A DNA stretch of 64,000 nucleotides, taken from assembly GCA_965224245.1 (NCBI GenBank), contig OZ245046.1, positions 1,024,001-1,088,000 on the forward strand, in the 5' to 3' direction. Both the position numbers and the translations under genes were made by a program. How positions within the stretch are numbered: position 1 is the stretch's first letter; each line of letters starts with the position of its first letter. Of the stretch, positions 38,042 through 47,560 are shown one piece after another. The notes beneath the pieces are model-generated. The model was not told where the DNA came from. It saw only the letters and a list, made by a program, of their open reading frames with translations, and ran no database searches. Source of the stretch: Candidatus Eiseniibacteriota bacterium (lineage in GTDB: Bacteria; Eisenbacteria; RBG-16-71-46; CAZAMP01).

Positions 38042-38668
38042 TCATCGCGTCGCACGTGCGTCGTCGATCGAGGTCGCTGGCGAGTCCGAGTCGATGTCAC
38101 CCTTCAGAAAGACCGCCCAGCCATGAACGACGCCGGTGTTTCCGGGCGCCTCGTCGGTCACGACGAGGTGGAAGTCGCCACCTCGCGCGAGGCCGACGAA
38201 CGACTCGAGCACCGGAGCCTCGGCCGACGTCCCGGCCTCGACGCCGTCCCGAAAGAAGAGACGTCCGTCGAGCACGACCGGGTAGGCGTGGAGTGCCTCG
38301 CCGTCGCACGCGTTCAGCCGGGCCATGAAGACCGCGAGTGGGGCGCGCACGTCCGGACGGCCGTCACCGTCCGCGTCGTAGAGAAGGGTGATCTCGACGT
38401 CGCCGACGTACCCGTGGGAGATGTCGACGGCGACCATCAGCGGCTCGATCTTCTGCCCGTCGTCCGGAATGTGAATGGGACCGACGGCCGCCCCGGAGGG
38501 GTCGTCGTCGGGGATCGCGGTCTCGGCTCGATCACTGTAGCCCTCGTACACCCCATCGTGGCAACGGATCGCGGTGTCCGGAGCGTGGCCCCTGGGCTTC
38601 GGACCTTGCGTGATCGTGCATCCCGCCATCAGCGCGGCACCGACCGCGATCAGCGTCGTGGTCATCAT
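38042..38668 (-). CDS. Lipoprotein with proprotein-convertase P domain
   Basis: Lipobox LMAGC; AIPD...VDISHGYVGDVEITL...LESFVG..GGDFHLVVTD...GNTGVVHGW. Confidence 0.8.
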   Translation of the reverse strand: MMTTTLIAVGAALMAGCTITQGPKPRGHAPDTAIRCHDGVYEGYSDRAETAIPDDDPSGAAVGPIHIPDDGQKIEPLMVAVDISHGYVGDVEITLLYDADGDGRPDVRAPLAVFMARLNACDGEALHAYPVVLDGRLFFRDGVEAGTSAEAPVLESFVGLARGGDFHLVVTDEAPGNTGVVHGWAVFLKGDIDSDSPATSIDDARATR

Positions 38669-38859
38669 GATCCCTCCTCGTGCGCCCGGGAGATCCGGGT
38701 CGACCGGTCCGATGTCGTCTTCATCGGATCATGCGCATTCCGGGGCGGAAGTGTCGGATGGCGATCCGGATCAACCGCCGTTCGCAACCGGTCCTCGTAT
38801 CCCGGAGGGCCGCGAGGGTCGATCGAGTCCCGGCGCTGGACGTGGCACGGGTGCGATAC

Positions 38860-39444
38860 ATGAGTGAGGCGCGACCGGCGGAGATCACCCAGATCCTCCA
38901 GAGCCTCCACTCCGATCCCGGCGGCCGGTGCACCGGGTCGGATCGCCTGTTCGAACGGGTCTACTCCGAGCTGCGCGAGCTCGCGTCGGGGCTGATGCGC
39001 CGCGAGCGGAAGGACCACACGCTCCAGTCGACGGCGCTGGTGCACGAGGCGTACGTCAGGCTGCTGGAGGGTCGTGAGCTGGACTGGCAGAGCCGGGCGC
39101 ACTTCTTCGGGAGCGCGGCCCGAGCCATGCGCCGGATCCTCGTCGAACATGCTCGCCGTCGTGCGTCGGACAAGCGGGGCGGCGCCTGGCGGCGAGTCAC
39201 GCTGGACGAGAATCTGGGACTGGAGGCGGTGTCCGCCAGCGAGCTGATCGAGCTCGACGACGTACTGAGCCGTCTCGGCCAGCTGGACGAGCGCATGGCT
39301 CGCATCGTCGAGCTCCGGGTGTTCGCGGGGATGACCGGCGAGGAGATCGGCCACGTACTCGGACTGTCGCGGCAGACCGTGCAGGAGGAGTGGAAGGTGG
39401 CGAAGATGTGGCTCCGTCACAAGCTGGCCGGAGACTCGCCATGA
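38860..39444 (+). CDS. ECF sigma factor of the kinase-associated group (TIGR02999-like)
   Basis: Motifs VYSELRELA, HTLQSTALVHEAYVRL, WQSRAHFF..AARAMRRILVEHAR, KRGG, ARIVELRVFAG. Confidence 0.92.
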   Translation: MSEARPAEITQILQSLHSDPGGRCTGSDRLFERVYSELRELASGLMRRERKDHTLQSTALVHEAYVRLLEGRELDWQSRAHFFGSAARAMRRILVEHARRRASDKRGGAWRRVTLDENLGLEAVSASELIELDDVLSRLGQLDERMARIVELRVFAGMTGEEIGHVLGLSRQTVQEEWKVAKMWLRHKLAGDSP

Positions 39445-39662
39445 ATCCGGAACGCTTCCGGCGGCTGAAGGCGCTCCTCGTGGCCGCAAGCACGCTCCCG
39501 CTCGACGAACGCGACGCGTACCTCGCCACGGCCCGTGGCGACGATCCGGAGCTTCGCGCCGAGGCGGAGAGGATCCTCGCTCACGCGAAGGATCGCGATG
39601 GGATCCTGCGGACCGGCGAACGTGGTCCAGCCCTGATGCGAGGTCGCGAGGCCGCCACGTGA
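39441..39662 (+). pseudogene. N-terminal stub of an ECF-associated Ser/Thr kinase (no kinase domain)
   Basis: ATGA-coupled to the sigma gene. MNPERFRRLKALLVAASTLPLDERDAYLATARGDDPELRAEAERIL matches the N-terminus of the kinase at 2104-4578, then stops at 73 aa. Confidence 0.75.
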
Positions 39663-39820
39663 TCGTCCGACGCTCGCCGCTGGCCGGTCCAACGGTAGGC
39701 AGGGTGCCGACCGGGCGCTACCGCAGCGCGTGGTAGGCTCCCGGTGCGCTGCGGGTCATACCTCACGCCGTGACCCTTCACGAACGCCCATCAACCCCGA
39801 CCCAGACCACGGAGGTGCTG

Positions 39821-40810
39821 GTGATCATCGCCGTTCTCTACGATCCAGCCTCGCGTCAGCTTCGCAAAGGCGGTCACGAGCTCGTCGACGAGTGGGATCG
39901 CAATCCGGACAGCCGGATCTGGGCGATCATCGAGAACGAGCCGCCGGAGGCCGAGAAGGCCCTTCTCGCGAGTCGCTTCGGCATTCACGAGCTCGCGATC
40001 ACCGATGCGCTCCGGACGCGGCACCCTCCGAAGATCGAGACGTTTGAAGGGAGCACGTTCATTCTCATGCGCGGTCTGGATGCGGAGACCGACTCGCTGG
40101 AGTTCGGCACGATCCAGCTCTCCCTGTTCGTCTCGGAGCGCTCCCTCGTCACGCGCAGCTCCGGCTACTCGGTGAGCTCCCATGCCATCCTGGAGGCGCT
40201 GATGTCGGGTGAGATACCGCCGGACATCTCGCGAGCCGGCCTCGCGTTGCGGCTCTGCCGGCGAGTCTCGGATCGGTTCCTGCCGATTCTCCTCGCCGTC
40301 GAGCGACGCCTGGAAGCGATGGAGAACGAGATGCTGGATCAGCCGACGGATGACCTTCTCGCGGAGCTCGTTCGTCAGAAGGGAAGTCTCAAGAGGATCC
40401 TCCGTGTCCTCCAGTATCACGCGCAGGCCTTCACGGCGGTCGGCACGCACGTGCCGCAACAGCTCGCCGGTCACCACCACGAGCTGACCGACGTCCAGGA
40501 GCAGCTCGATCGGCAGCTCAGTCTGGCTCGGCTCCACTACGAGCTCACCGATGATCTGATGCAGGGGTACCTGTCTCTGTCCGCACACCGGCTGAACCAG
40601 ATCATGCAGACGCTGACGATCGTCACGGTCGTCTTCGTTCCGATCACGTTCATGGCCGGGATCTACGGAATGAACTTCGAGTTCATGCCGGAGCTGAACT
40701 TCCGGCCGGCCTATTTCGTTCTCCTCGGCGCGATGGTGCTCGTGGTGACGTCGATCCTCGTGCTGTTTCATCGCCGAGGCTGGATCGGACGTCGCGTCAC
40801 TCGCGGGTAA
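39821..40810 (+). CDS. corA: CorA-family Mg2+/Co2+ transporter
   Basis: FGIHELAITDAL..HPPKIE; C-terminal two TMs with the PITFMAGIYGMNFEFMPEL signature. Start uncertain (39770 or 39821). Confidence 0.92.
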   Translation: MIIAVLYDPASRQLRKGGHELVDEWDRNPDSRIWAIIENEPPEAEKALLASRFGIHELAITDALRTRHPPKIETFEGSTFILMRGLDAETDSLEFGTIQLSLFVSERSLVTRSSGYSVSSHAILEALMSGEIPPDISRAGLALRLCRRVSDRFLPILLAVERRLEAMENEMLDQPTDDLLAELVRQKGSLKRILRVLQYHAQAFTAVGTHVPQQLAGHHHELTDVQEQLDRQLSLARLHYELTDDLMQGYLSLSAHRLNQIMQTLTIVTVVFVPITFMAGIYGMNFEFMPELNFRPAYFVLLGAMVLVVTSILVLFHRRGWIGRRVTRG

Positions 40811-41006
40811 CGCACGGACGAGCGACGCGAGCGGTGACAGGGATTCGCGAGCCATGAGTTCCGTGCCGGCTCGGCGGGCCCACGGGCGTCACACCGGGCA
40901 AGACACCTGTGTCCGGGACTGGAAGGTGGACAACTTCTACGTGGAGGTCGTGCCGGATGAACGGTGAGATCGCGACTCCCCGAGCGATGCGCCCCTCGCT
41001 GACCCG

Positions 41007-41912
41007 TCACTTCCGGGCGGGATGCGCCGCCGCGTACTGCTCGTCGAGCCGCGCGTACGTCGCGGCGAGTGCATCGATCTCCGCCTCGTGGTCGTGGAGG
41101 TTCGCGTCTCCCTCGAAGGCGGCCAGCGCCGCGGGATCGAGGAGCTCGACGAGGCGTACCCACTCCGCCCACGCGGGTAGCGCGTGGAGCGCGCCGGAGT
41201 AGAGCGCGTCGAAGCCATCGATGACGTAGAGGGCGGTGCGATCGATGCCGAGGTCTCCCGCGTCGTCCTCTGCGAACACGGCGAAGGGGACGATCATGTC
41301 CACGGAGCTGGGATCGAGACTGAAGCGCTCACCGAATCCGAAGCGAGACGCGAGCCACTTCTCCCGCCCAACGACGCCCAGGGATGGATCGGCGGGGAAC
41401 CACTCGCCCGTGGCGCCGTCCTGGATCTCGATCCACACGTGGTCGTTGTGACGCTTGCCGAAGACGGACATCCGGTAGCCGCTCTCGGCCACCTTCCTTC
41501 GCGCCGTCTGCCCGCGGCGCGCGCTCTCGACGTGGACGTTGATCTCTCGTACGCGGCGCATGCGGAGGCCCAGCTCGTCGAGCATGGCCGTGGCCACGCG
41601 GGCGAGCTCGGCGCAGTTGCCGCCCCGACGTTGGAGGATCTCGTCGACGGTCCGCTTCTGGTAGTCGGTGGCGGTCCAGTCGAAGTGTGTGGCGAACCAG
41701 GTCACGACGGCGTCGGCACGCTCGCGGTCGGTGCTCGCGCTCTCGGACACCTGTCTGGCGAAGGCGGCCCGGTCGTCGAGGGCGAGCGAATGGAGAGCGT
41801 CGATCTCGTGAGCGGCGCCGGTCGTGTGCGCGTCGTCTTCCGGCCGCTCGCTCGCCAGGCCGGAGTCGAGTGTCAGGAGACCGACCAGGGAGGCGATGAC
41901 CACTCGCTGCAT
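41007..41912 (-). CDS. Secreted transglutaminase-like (Cys-His-Asp) domain protein
   Basis: Signal peptide; GGNCAELA (Cys), HVWIEI (His), WFPADPS (Asp). Confidence 0.8.
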   Translation of the reverse strand: MQRVVIASLVGLLTLDSGLASERPEDDAHTTGAAHEIDALHSLALDDRAAFARQVSESASTDRERADAVVTWFATHFDWTATDYQKRTVDEILQRRGGNCAELARVATAMLDELGLRMRRVREINVHVESARRGQTARRKVAESGYRMSVFGKRHNDHVWIEIQDGATGEWFPADPSLGVVGREKWLASRFGFGERFSLDPSSVDMIVPFAVFAEDDAGDLGIDRTALYVIDGFDALYSGALHALPAWAEWVRLVELLDPAALAAFEGDANLHDHEAEIDALAATYARLDEQYAAAHPARK

Positions 41913-41946
41913 CGAAACTGGCTCCTCGTTGGACGCGGTCGTCTCG

Positions 41947-42729
41947 TCACGGCCGCGGTGAACGCGAGTGCGACGGTGGCGAGACCGCGTCGAGTCCGAC
42001 ATGGCTCGCCAGGCCGTATGCCATGATCCCGGTACGACCCACTTCGGTCTCGAGGCCGCTGCTCGTGTCGATGGTGTAGAGCGTCTCGAGTGCCGTCGAG
42101 GCACCATACAGAGTGCCGGAGTCGTCGAAGTGTAGCACCATGAACGTGACCGGTGCGGTGGTCTCACCGACGCGGGTCACGGTCGCGTCCGTGGGATCGA
42201 TCCGGTACAGGACGCCAGTCAACGTGGGCAGCCGCATTGACATTGCATACATCGTGGCGGTGGTGGGATCGATGGCGAGTCCGGCGAAGAACTCGTGAGG
42301 CCCGAACGCGGGCGTCCCCACCGGCGTGACCGTCGCCGTCGCGAGGTCGATGCGCACCAGCGCGTTCGGAAAGTTGAGCCCTGCATACAGCGCACCGGAT
42401 CCATCGAACGCCAGCCCGTAGCCGTTGTTGCCCACGGCCGTGATGGCGGTCGTCTTTCCGTGCACGGTGTCGACCAGCCGGAGGCTGTCCCCCGAGATCG
42501 TGAACATCGACCCCTGCGAGTCGATGGCGAGTCCGGCCCCTCCGTCGACGACGGTGGTCACGAACGTCGCCGACCCCGTGTGGCGATCGAGTGTGTACAG
42601 ATCTCCATTCACGTCGAGCGCATACGAGAGGCTCGACGCCTCGGAAGATGCGTCGGTCGCCCTGACCGGTGGGACGGTGAGCACGGCGATGGCGATGGTG
42701 AGAACCGTGCGTCGAAGATCGAGCATCAT
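41947..42729 (-). CDS. Secreted small beta-propeller protein
   Basis: Signal peptide; repeated 'GLAxDxxGxLY...LYxIDxxTG..T.VG' blades. Confidence 0.75.
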   Translation of the reverse strand: MMLDLRRTVLTIAIAVLTVPPVRATDASSEASSLSYALDVNGDLYTLDRHTGSATFVTTVVDGGAGLAIDSQGSMFTISGDSLRLVDTVHGKTTAITAVGNNGYGLAFDGSGALYAGLNFPNALVRIDLATATVTPVGTPAFGPHEFFAGLAIDPTTATMYAMSMRLPTLTGVLYRIDPTDATVTRVGETTAPVTFMVLHFDDSGTLYGASTALETLYTIDTSSGLETEVGRTGIMAYGLASHVGLDAVSPPSHSRSPRP

Positions 42730-43007
42730 CTCTCCCGGGTGGAGTGTGGACGACGTCCGTGGAGACCCTGTCGGGGGCGACCGGGTGCCGGCGCGCGCCG
42801 GTGAGCCGGATCGATCCACGGTGGTGCCTATCCGGTTACCCGCAGTGTAGACGCGCTGTTCCGGGAGCTCACGTGCGAATGGTCACCTGTTACACGACCG
42901 TTACGGGCAACGTCCTTTGGCACGGTTGCCGTTTCGGCGGCCGGAACGACGCGGGGCGCCTCCTCTCGAAGGCGCCCCGGCGTTCGCGACCGGCAGAGCT
43001 TCGGGCG

Positions 43008-46000
43008 TCAGCCGGTGATCGTCAGCTTCTCGACCGCACGCCGATCGGCGGCGGTGAGCTGAAGGAAGTACACACCGGGAGCGACGAGCGTGCCAGCGGC
43101 ACTTCGACCGTCCCAGTACACCTCGAACGTACCCGCGTCCGCCGGCCCGTGGGCGAGCTGCCGGACCACACGCCCCCGCACGTCGAGGATCGACAGCGAC
43201 ATCGGAGCCGGCGCATCGAGCTCGTAGGTGAGCGTGCCGCCGCCCACCGGAAACGGATTTCGGGGCATCGACAGACCGAACGTGACGTGGGCGGTCTCGG
43301 GAAGCGAGAGCATCCCCGGCTCTCGCACGTGAAGGCTGTACGAGCCCGAGCTGTCGTCGTTGCTGAACACGGCGACCCCATACCAGTCCGCATCCGTGAC
43401 GGTCACCGACATCACCTCGGAGGCACCGCTCCCGGCCGCGTCCACGCGGGCCATCGCGCTCGCGGACCCCTGATACAGGGGCTGGCCGGCGGAGCTGAAG
43501 AAGACGAGCCCGAGGTCCAGACCCCCGGACTCGATCTCGACCTCGATCTCGACACCCTGACCGTCGGGAACGCTTCCGTCCACGAACAGATCCCAGATCT
43601 GAACGACCTCGGCGGCGGTCCAGGGCACGCCCGTCACATCCACTCCCATGGGGTCGAACACGAGCTTCTCGGCACCGTCCTCGAACGAGGCGGTGAACGG
43701 ACCCACCGCACCCCACAGGCGTTCCGGCCTCGGGTAGAGATTGCGGGGACCCAGATGGTTGTGATCGCTGGCCACGATGGACACGCCCGTCCCCTGGAAG
43801 TCGAGCGTCTGGTAGCAGCTGCCGCTGGACGGCGCGCAGTCCCAGACCGGAAGCACGCAGTTCTCGCCGGGTGACGACCGCATCCCCACCGCCGACCAGC
43901 CCGCGGTGGTCACGGGCATGATCGTCCACATGACGTTGGACTCGGACGTGGTCGCCGGAACCGACTCCTCCAGCGTGAAACGCGGACCCCACACGATCGT
44001 GTACTCACCGCCCGCGCCACTGTTCTCGGTCATCACGTAGGCGAAGTCGCTCGAGAAGAGCGGCGTGTAGCTGAACCACTCGCCGAGGTCGGTCGGAGGT
44101 CGGAAGTCCGACTGGGCCCGTGCGTCGTCCTTGGTCTGAAACCAGATCGCGACCGCGTTCCCGAACAGGTACGTGCCCGCGTCCAGGTCGGCGCTCGTGT
44201 TGTACTGACGGAAGTAGTACGGCTGATCGATGGCGAGAGGGACGTCCCAGACCTTGACCACCTGGCCCGCCGGCCAGTCGTACGTGTGGATGCCGCCGAG
44301 CACGTCGGCGCCGTGCTCCCAGTTCGTCGAGATGGGGCCCCATCCGTCCTCGAGCCGCCGGCGGAGGTAGTCGGTGGAGTAGCCGTCCCGGTAGTCGATG
44401 ACGATGAGCTCCACGCCACCGGGCCCCTCGGTGTCCGAGTGCTGGCGCTGCGTCTCGTACGTGGACTCGTCGAACATGGCAAGCGACGCATCCACACCGG
44501 CGGCGGGACGGCATCCGGCCACCGCCCACGCGTTCGCGTTGGGGGCGTAGCTGTACAGGGAGAGCTCCGACGTCTCGGTGTGCACGTATTCCTCGGGGAG
44601 TGGGAACTCCGACGGACCGATCTGGAGCGTGAACTGCCCGTCGGCCGCGTTCCGGCTCCAGACGACGAGGCCATACACGTCGTCGGCAGGAACGGTGTAG
44701 GTGTACACCTCACCGGCCGCGGCGCCGATCGTGTCGCGATACCACTCTGCGTCGAACTGAGAGGCGAAGTACATCGCGCCGTTCGATCGATAGAGCGCCA
44801 TGTCGAAGTCGGCGTCGCCGGAGATGTGATCGAGCTCGAACTGGAGCGTCTCGCCGGCGAAGAGGGGGACGTCCCAGGCACGCACGACGTTGTGCATGGA
44901 CCAGTTGTGGGTCGTGACGTCGCCGTTGGCGAACAGCATCTCCTCGCCGCTCTCGAAGCTCAGGTTGTAGGAGTCCGCCGCACCGGAGAAGCGGGTGATC
45001 TGGATGTGCTCGTTGCCGGGCCGACTGTGATTGTAGTCGCCCACGAGGAAGTCCACGGGCGCACCGGTGGCGGAGGCCGCCAGCAGCATGCGGTGGTTGT
45101 TCTCACCGTAGAGCGTCAGGTCGTAGTCCGCGGTGGCCGGGCTGCGAACACCCACCACCGACCAGCTGTTCCAACGCTGGGACATGACCTCGCTGTTCGC
45201 GACGTCGTTCCAGTAGAAGTACCCGCCGTGCGGGACCTCCCAGATGGCGGCCACGGTCGACTCGTCGACGTTCCGTTTCACGGGGTTCAAGAGGCCGTCG
45301 GAGTTGTCGTCGGCCCACGCCCAGTGTCGGGGGGTCCACTCGCAGAGGGCGTCCAGGTCGTTGTACTTCATGAGACATGGGACGTCGACGCCACAGGTGG
45401 CCAGCGCACAGTTCTCGTTCGGGACGTCCTCCCACAGATACCAGCTCTGGCAGATGTTGCAGTCGAGCCCGCCATTGCACGTGCCGTCCTCGGCGTACTC
45501 GTCGCAGGCGCCGAAGAGGTGCCCGAACTCGTGTGCCCACACCGGGCCCGTGGAGTCGAGAAAGAGCGACGCGAAGGCGTCGTAGTATCCGGCAAATGCA
45601 CGACCCGGCTCGTGGGGCTGGACGGCGAGGATGACGTTGTCCCAGCCGCCGTTCCAGGTCTGCAGCCAGAACGAGGCGTCGTCGGTGATCCGACCGTCGG
45701 CGTCCCAGTCGTAGATTCCGACGTTGTTGCAGGCCTCGTTCCACTGCTCCTCGGTCAGGCGATCGACGATCTCGGTGCTGATGGTCGTCTCCCATCGCAC
45801 CGCCACGCCGTCGTCGAAGCTCAGGTTGGCGCCGAGCGGGGCCTCGCTCGTGTAGTACTCGCGAGCCACGTCAGAGCGGGCGTATGCGGTGTACTTCTCG
45901 GACGCCGTGAAGCTGCTCGAGGGCGGGTTGATGAAGAAGTGCAGGATGAGCGTCGTCCCGCGCGCGTAGTGCACCGCGTCGTTGTCGGGAACGGTGCCGC

Positions 46001-46217
46001 CGCCGCGGTCTCCCGGGTCTGCCCGGTCGCTCTCGCGCACGCGATCCACGTCCTCCCATACGGCCGGGTCCGGGTCGGTGAACTCGAGATCGACGCGGGC
46101 CCGGGCCTCGGCCAGGAGGTCGGGATCCAGTCGCTCGATCGTGGGCGGCGTGACGCCGGCGCCGGCAGGCCCCGCCAGCACGGCTGCGAGGAATGAGAGC
46201 GTGAGGGTGCGCGTCAT
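43008..46217 (-). CDS. Secreted zinc metalloprotease (HEXXH) with repeated PPC-like beta domains and FlgD-Ig/T9SS-like CTD
   Basis: WAHEFGHLFGACDEY plus Met-turn-like CLMKYN; three 'W....VV..WD' repeat modules; CTD WDGRSAAG...PGVYFLQL. Confidence 0.85.
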   Translation of the reverse strand: MTRTLTLSFLAAVLAGPAGAGVTPPTIERLDPDLLAEARARVDLEFTDPDPAVWEDVDRVRESDRADPGDRGGGTVPDNDAVHYARGTTLILHFFINPPSSSFTASEKYTAYARSDVAREYYTSEAPLGANLSFDDGVAVRWETTISTEIVDRLTEEQWNEACNNVGIYDWDADGRITDDASFWLQTWNGGWDNVILAVQPHEPGRAFAGYYDAFASLFLDSTGPVWAHEFGHLFGACDEYAEDGTCNGGLDCNICQSWYLWEDVPNENCALATCGVDVPCLMKYNDLDALCEWTPRHWAWADDNSDGLLNPVKRNVDESTVAAIWEVPHGGYFYWNDVANSEVMSQRWNSWSVVGVRSPATADYDLTLYGENNHRMLLAASATGAPVDFLVGDYNHSRPGNEHIQITRFSGAADSYNLSFESGEEMLFANGDVTTHNWSMHNVVRAWDVPLFAGETLQFELDHISGDADFDMALYRSNGAMYFASQFDAEWYRDTIGAAAGEVYTYTVPADDVYGLVVWSRNAADGQFTLQIGPSEFPLPEEYVHTETSELSLYSYAPNANAWAVAGCRPAAGVDASLAMFDESTYETQRQHSDTEGPGGVELIVIDYRDGYSTDYLRRRLEDGWGPISTNWEHGADVLGGIHTYDWPAGQVVKVWDVPLAIDQPYYFRQYNTSADLDAGTYLFGNAVAIWFQTKDDARAQSDFRPPTDLGEWFSYTPLFSSDFAYVMTENSGAGGEYTIVWGPRFTLEESVPATTSESNVMWTIMPVTTAGWSAVGMRSSPGENCVLPVWDCAPSSGSCYQTLDFQGTGVSIVASDHNHLGPRNLYPRPERLWGAVGPFTASFEDGAEKLVFDPMGVDVTGVPWTAAEVVQIWDLFVDGSVPDGQGVEIEVEIESGGLDLGLVFFSSAGQPLYQGSASAMARVDAAGSGASEVMSVTVTDADWYGVAVFSNDDSSGSYSLHVREPGMLSLPETAHVTFGLSMPRNPFPVGGGTLTYELDAPAPMSLSILDVRGRVVRQLAHGPADAGTFEVYWDGRSAAGTLVAPGVYFLQLTAADRRAVEKLTITG

Positions 46218-46747
46218 CGTGCACCTCCCTCGCTGGCACGTCGCGCGGCCGCCTCGCGTCGCGCGGCGTCGAGCCGGCGAAGCTCGAACTCGCTGGGCTC
46301 GGTGGGACCGAACTCCGTCGTGCCGCTGCCCATGCCTGCGGTGGTGGGTCGATCGGTGACCGGCGCATGTTCGGGGTGAGTGGCGCCCGAGGCTCTCGCG
46401 AGCGCGGCGAGGCGGAGCTTCGCGAGCTCGATCGCGTTCGGGGTCGCGGTCGGGAGCCCCGCGCCCGCGTCGAGCGTGACCGGTCGACGTCCCGAGTCGT
46501 CGCGCGGCCCGAGCCGGGGCGTCGTCGTCGGGACCGCTGAGTCGATCAGTCGCGATCCGACGATGGCAGTGGGGAGGGCGGATCGTGAAGCCTCCAGGTG
46601 ACGCGGCTCGATGAGGTCCGGAACCCCGATGACGGGAGCCGGGCCGGGTGGAGCCGCCAACGCGGAGACCGTCAGCAAGCAGGTCAGGAACAGAGCAATG
46701 CGCTGGATCCCGCGGCGTGCCCGGGGATCGATCTCGTGTCGGGCCAT
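46214..46747 (-). CDS. Secreted Pro/Ala-rich hypothetical protein coupled to the metalloprotease
   Basis: SD GAGGAGG; signal peptide; stop overlaps the protease start (ATGA); two 'PT.P...EL..L.AA/LAR' motifs. Confidence 0.6.
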   Translation of the reverse strand: MARHEIDPRARRGIQRIALFLTCLLTVSALAAPPGPAPVIGVPDLIEPRHLEASRSALPTAIVGSRLIDSAVPTTTPRLGPRDDSGRRPVTLDAGAGLPTATPNAIELAKLRLAALARASGATHPEHAPVTDRPTTAGMGSGTTEFGPTEPSEFELRRLDAARREAAARRASEGGAR

Positions 46748-46993
46748 GTCGCCTCCTCGGCTTGCAGGGTCGTCTACGTGGGAGGTCGATCCCGAAGGGT
46801 CCGAGTGACGGCGGGGAAGCCGATCAGTATCGAATCGATGCTCGGTCCCCGTGTTCAAGCGGCCGGCCGTGTCACACGACAGCGCGGCGGTCGACCTCAG
46901 GATGAGGACCCGGCTGGACACTCGCGAGAGCCTTCCGCTAGAGTCAAACGTGCCCGCCGCGGTGGGCGGGTAGCCTCCAGCGGAAAGGCCACG

Positions 46994-47560
46994 ATGCAAG
47001 ACGGGTCGGGCCAGAGAGTCATTCCGGGCATGAGCTGGGACGAGGCGCGAGAGGTCCTCGCCACCGCCCTCATCCGGATGGTGGATGCCGACGATCGGTC
47101 GGATCTGGAGGATCTCGTGCAGGACGCGGCGGTGCGTGTCCATCGGGCCCTGGCCACGGCCGAGATTCGTGATGCGCGAGGATTCCTCGGGGTCGTGGCC
47201 CGGCGAACCTGGCTCGATCACCTCCGTGCCCGACGGCGTGCGCAGGCCCTCCGCGAGTGCCTGACGCAGGAGGCCGATCCCCCTCACACGCTGAGCACCG
47301 ACGCGCTCGGCGACCCGCGTGATCGGCTACAGCTCGTGGTCGAGGAGCTCTTCCGTCGCGAGTCGAACATCACATGCGGTGAGCTCTCTCGTGCGTACTT
47401 TCTCTCGCGTGACTGGAGAGAGGTCGCCGCGGAAGTGGGACTGACGCACGACACCGTGCGCAAACGGTGGTCGCGATGCGTCCGCTTGCTGCGCGAGCGG
47501 ATGCGGGAGGACGCGGACCTCTCCGCATTTCTGAACCTGACCCCGGGAGGCGTCGTGTGA
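46994..47560 (+). CDS. ECF-type RNA polymerase sigma factor
   Basis: Region 2 DLEDLVQD...VARRTWLDHLR; region 4 WREVAAEVGLTHDTVRKRWSRC. Start 46994 or 47030. Confidence 0.82.
   Translation: MQDGSGQRVIPGMSWDEAREVLATALIRMVDADDRSDLEDLVQDAAVRVHRALATAEIRDARGFLGVVARRTWLDHLRARRRAQALRECLTQEADPPHTLSTDALGDPRDRLQLVVEELFRRESNITCGELSRAYFLSRDWREVAAEVGLTHDTVRKRWSRCVRLLRERMREDADLSAFLNLTPGGVV

Noticed and set aside
42918-42934. TGGCAC half-sites here, at ~38845 and at ~56275 as sigma54 promoters
   Set aside because: They lack the correctly spaced -12 TGC element.
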